From assembly GCA_903842985.1 (NCBI GenBank), contig CAIMOB010000058.1, positions 1 to 34,162 on the forward strand: 34,162 nt of DNA, read 5' to 3'. Positions within the stretch are counted from its first letter, which is position 1; each line of letters opens with the position of its first letter. This document shows positions 33,205-34,162 of the stretch, in pieces. The position numbers and the translations under genes are program-made. Under the pieces are notes generated by a model that worked only from the letters and a program-made list of their open reading frames with translations, was not told the origin of the DNA and did not search any database. Source of the DNA: an uncultured archaeon. Lineage in GTDB: Archaea; Nanobdellota; Nanobdellia; Woesearchaeales; CAIVOO01.

Positions 33205-34162
33205 AAACAAGAGGAAATTTGCAGAGTTTAATACTCCTCGCAGCATTTATGATATTTGCTGTTGCAGGGTCAACACCAGCTCATGGCGAGAACGTGAATG
33301 AGATTAATTATTCTTCTTCCACAAACATACCCACTACTTCCAATCCATATTTCATGGTAAGTGTGATTAAATACGAACCTTACCCGGTGAATGCAGGAGA
33401 TTGGTTTGACCTATGGATAAAAGTACAAAACATGGGACTCACTGATGCGCCGGCAGCAAGGTTCGAGCTCAAGCTTGATTACCCTTTCTCTTCGAACGAC
33501 ACGCTTGTGAGGGATTACGGATTAATCAACGGCATAAACAATGCTTACAAGCTGGATGCCACAAAAGACTCCACCCAGGTTGTCCTTAAATACCGGGTTA
33601 AAGTGGCGGACAATGCCCCAGCGGGGGAATCGAAACTAAAGATTATAACAAATGCAAATTCAGAATCAACAACGGCAGCAGCAGGCTATGACATACCAAT
33701 TGAGATAGCCAAGACAAAGACTGAATTCAATGTCAAGCTCAGGGACATAACTCCCCAGGAAACTTCGTTTGTTCTCACAAACACAGGGGGCGAGCCTGCA
33801 AAGGCAATTGTCTTTGAAGTGGAGCAAGGCAATGTGAATTTTCTCAAGGAGACAGAGCCTTCATCTCTCGGCGACCTCAACCAGGGCGATCTTGCAGTCG
33901 CGCATGTGAAAGCTATTCCCACACAAGGCGCTAATGCAATCAATGTCAAAATATCTTACACAGACATCGCAGGAGTCAGGAACACAGTTGAGAGGACAGT
34001 GCCCATTGACAGCTCTATGCTGCAGAATGTATGCACGCAAGCAGCAAACAAGGATTATCTCAGATGGGTCTTCGGCGCAGTGGGACTTCTCACTGGAGTT
34101 TTCATAATGCTTCTCACGATGCTTATTCTGCAGAAGAGGCGCGCTGCAAAGCATCATCAGTA
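33201..34162 (+). CDS. COG1361-type S-layer-domain secreted protein with C-terminal TM anchor (not in ORF track; stop likely cut by the window end)
   Basis: ATG 33201 overlaps the marR stop; reads MKTRGNLQSLILLAAFMIFAVAGS..., KYEPYPVNAGDWFDLWIKVQN.G and LKYRVKVADNAPAG, with a hydrophobic segment then KRRAAKHHQ; the last in-frame codon begins TA at 34161. Confidence 0.8.
   Translation, partial: MKTRGNLQSLILLAAFMIFAVAGSTPAHGENVNEINYSSSTNIPTTSNPYFMVSVIKYEPYPVNAGDWFDLWIKVQNMGLTDAPAARFELKLDYPFSSNDTLVRDYGLINGINNAYKLDATKDSTQVVLKYRVKVADNAPAGESKLKIITNANSESTTAAAGYDIPIEIAKTKTEFNVKLRDITPQETSFVLTNTGGEPAKAIVFEVEQGNVNFLKETEPSSLGDLNQGDLAVAHVKAIPTQGANAINVKISYTDIAGVRNTVERTVPIDSSMLQNVCTQAANKDYLRWVFGAVGLLTGVFIMLLTMLILQKRRAAKHHQ

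Overview
Chromosomal segment of an archaeon, most consistent with a DPANN (Woesearchaeota/Pacearchaeota-like) lineage; the lineage is inferred from gene content, compact spacing and protein style. Most of it is housekeeping: an RNase P Pop5-proteasome alpha-SBDS-exosome (rrp4/41/42)-rpoK-eS1-ferredoxin operon, ZPR1, SepF, eL21-Rpo4-DUF655, Elp3, DTD2, ftsZ-secE-spt5-(2 inserts)-uL11, FKBP PPIase, cmk, thermosome, a short histone, GluRS, two tRNA-Ala genes, HIT, MarR and a COG1361-like surface protein. The most unusual part is a tightly coupled minus-strand locus at about 11.0-18.9 kb. It holds two ~940-aa signal-peptide-bearing, tail-fibre-like paralogues, one with a peptidase S74 auto-cleaving chaperone, which flank an unannotated 55-aa AbrB-like gene and a beta-CASP nuclease. 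Both fibres are built from variable modules joined by GxVGIG motifs whose DNA (CC[G/A]ATGCCGAC on +) is conserved far beyond what the protein requires, and they share a 63-nt identical tract. This suggests a repeat-mediated module-shuffling or gene-conversion system for diversifying surface fibres (inference). No phage structural genes, integrase, reverse transcriptase or CRISPR array were recognised in the window.
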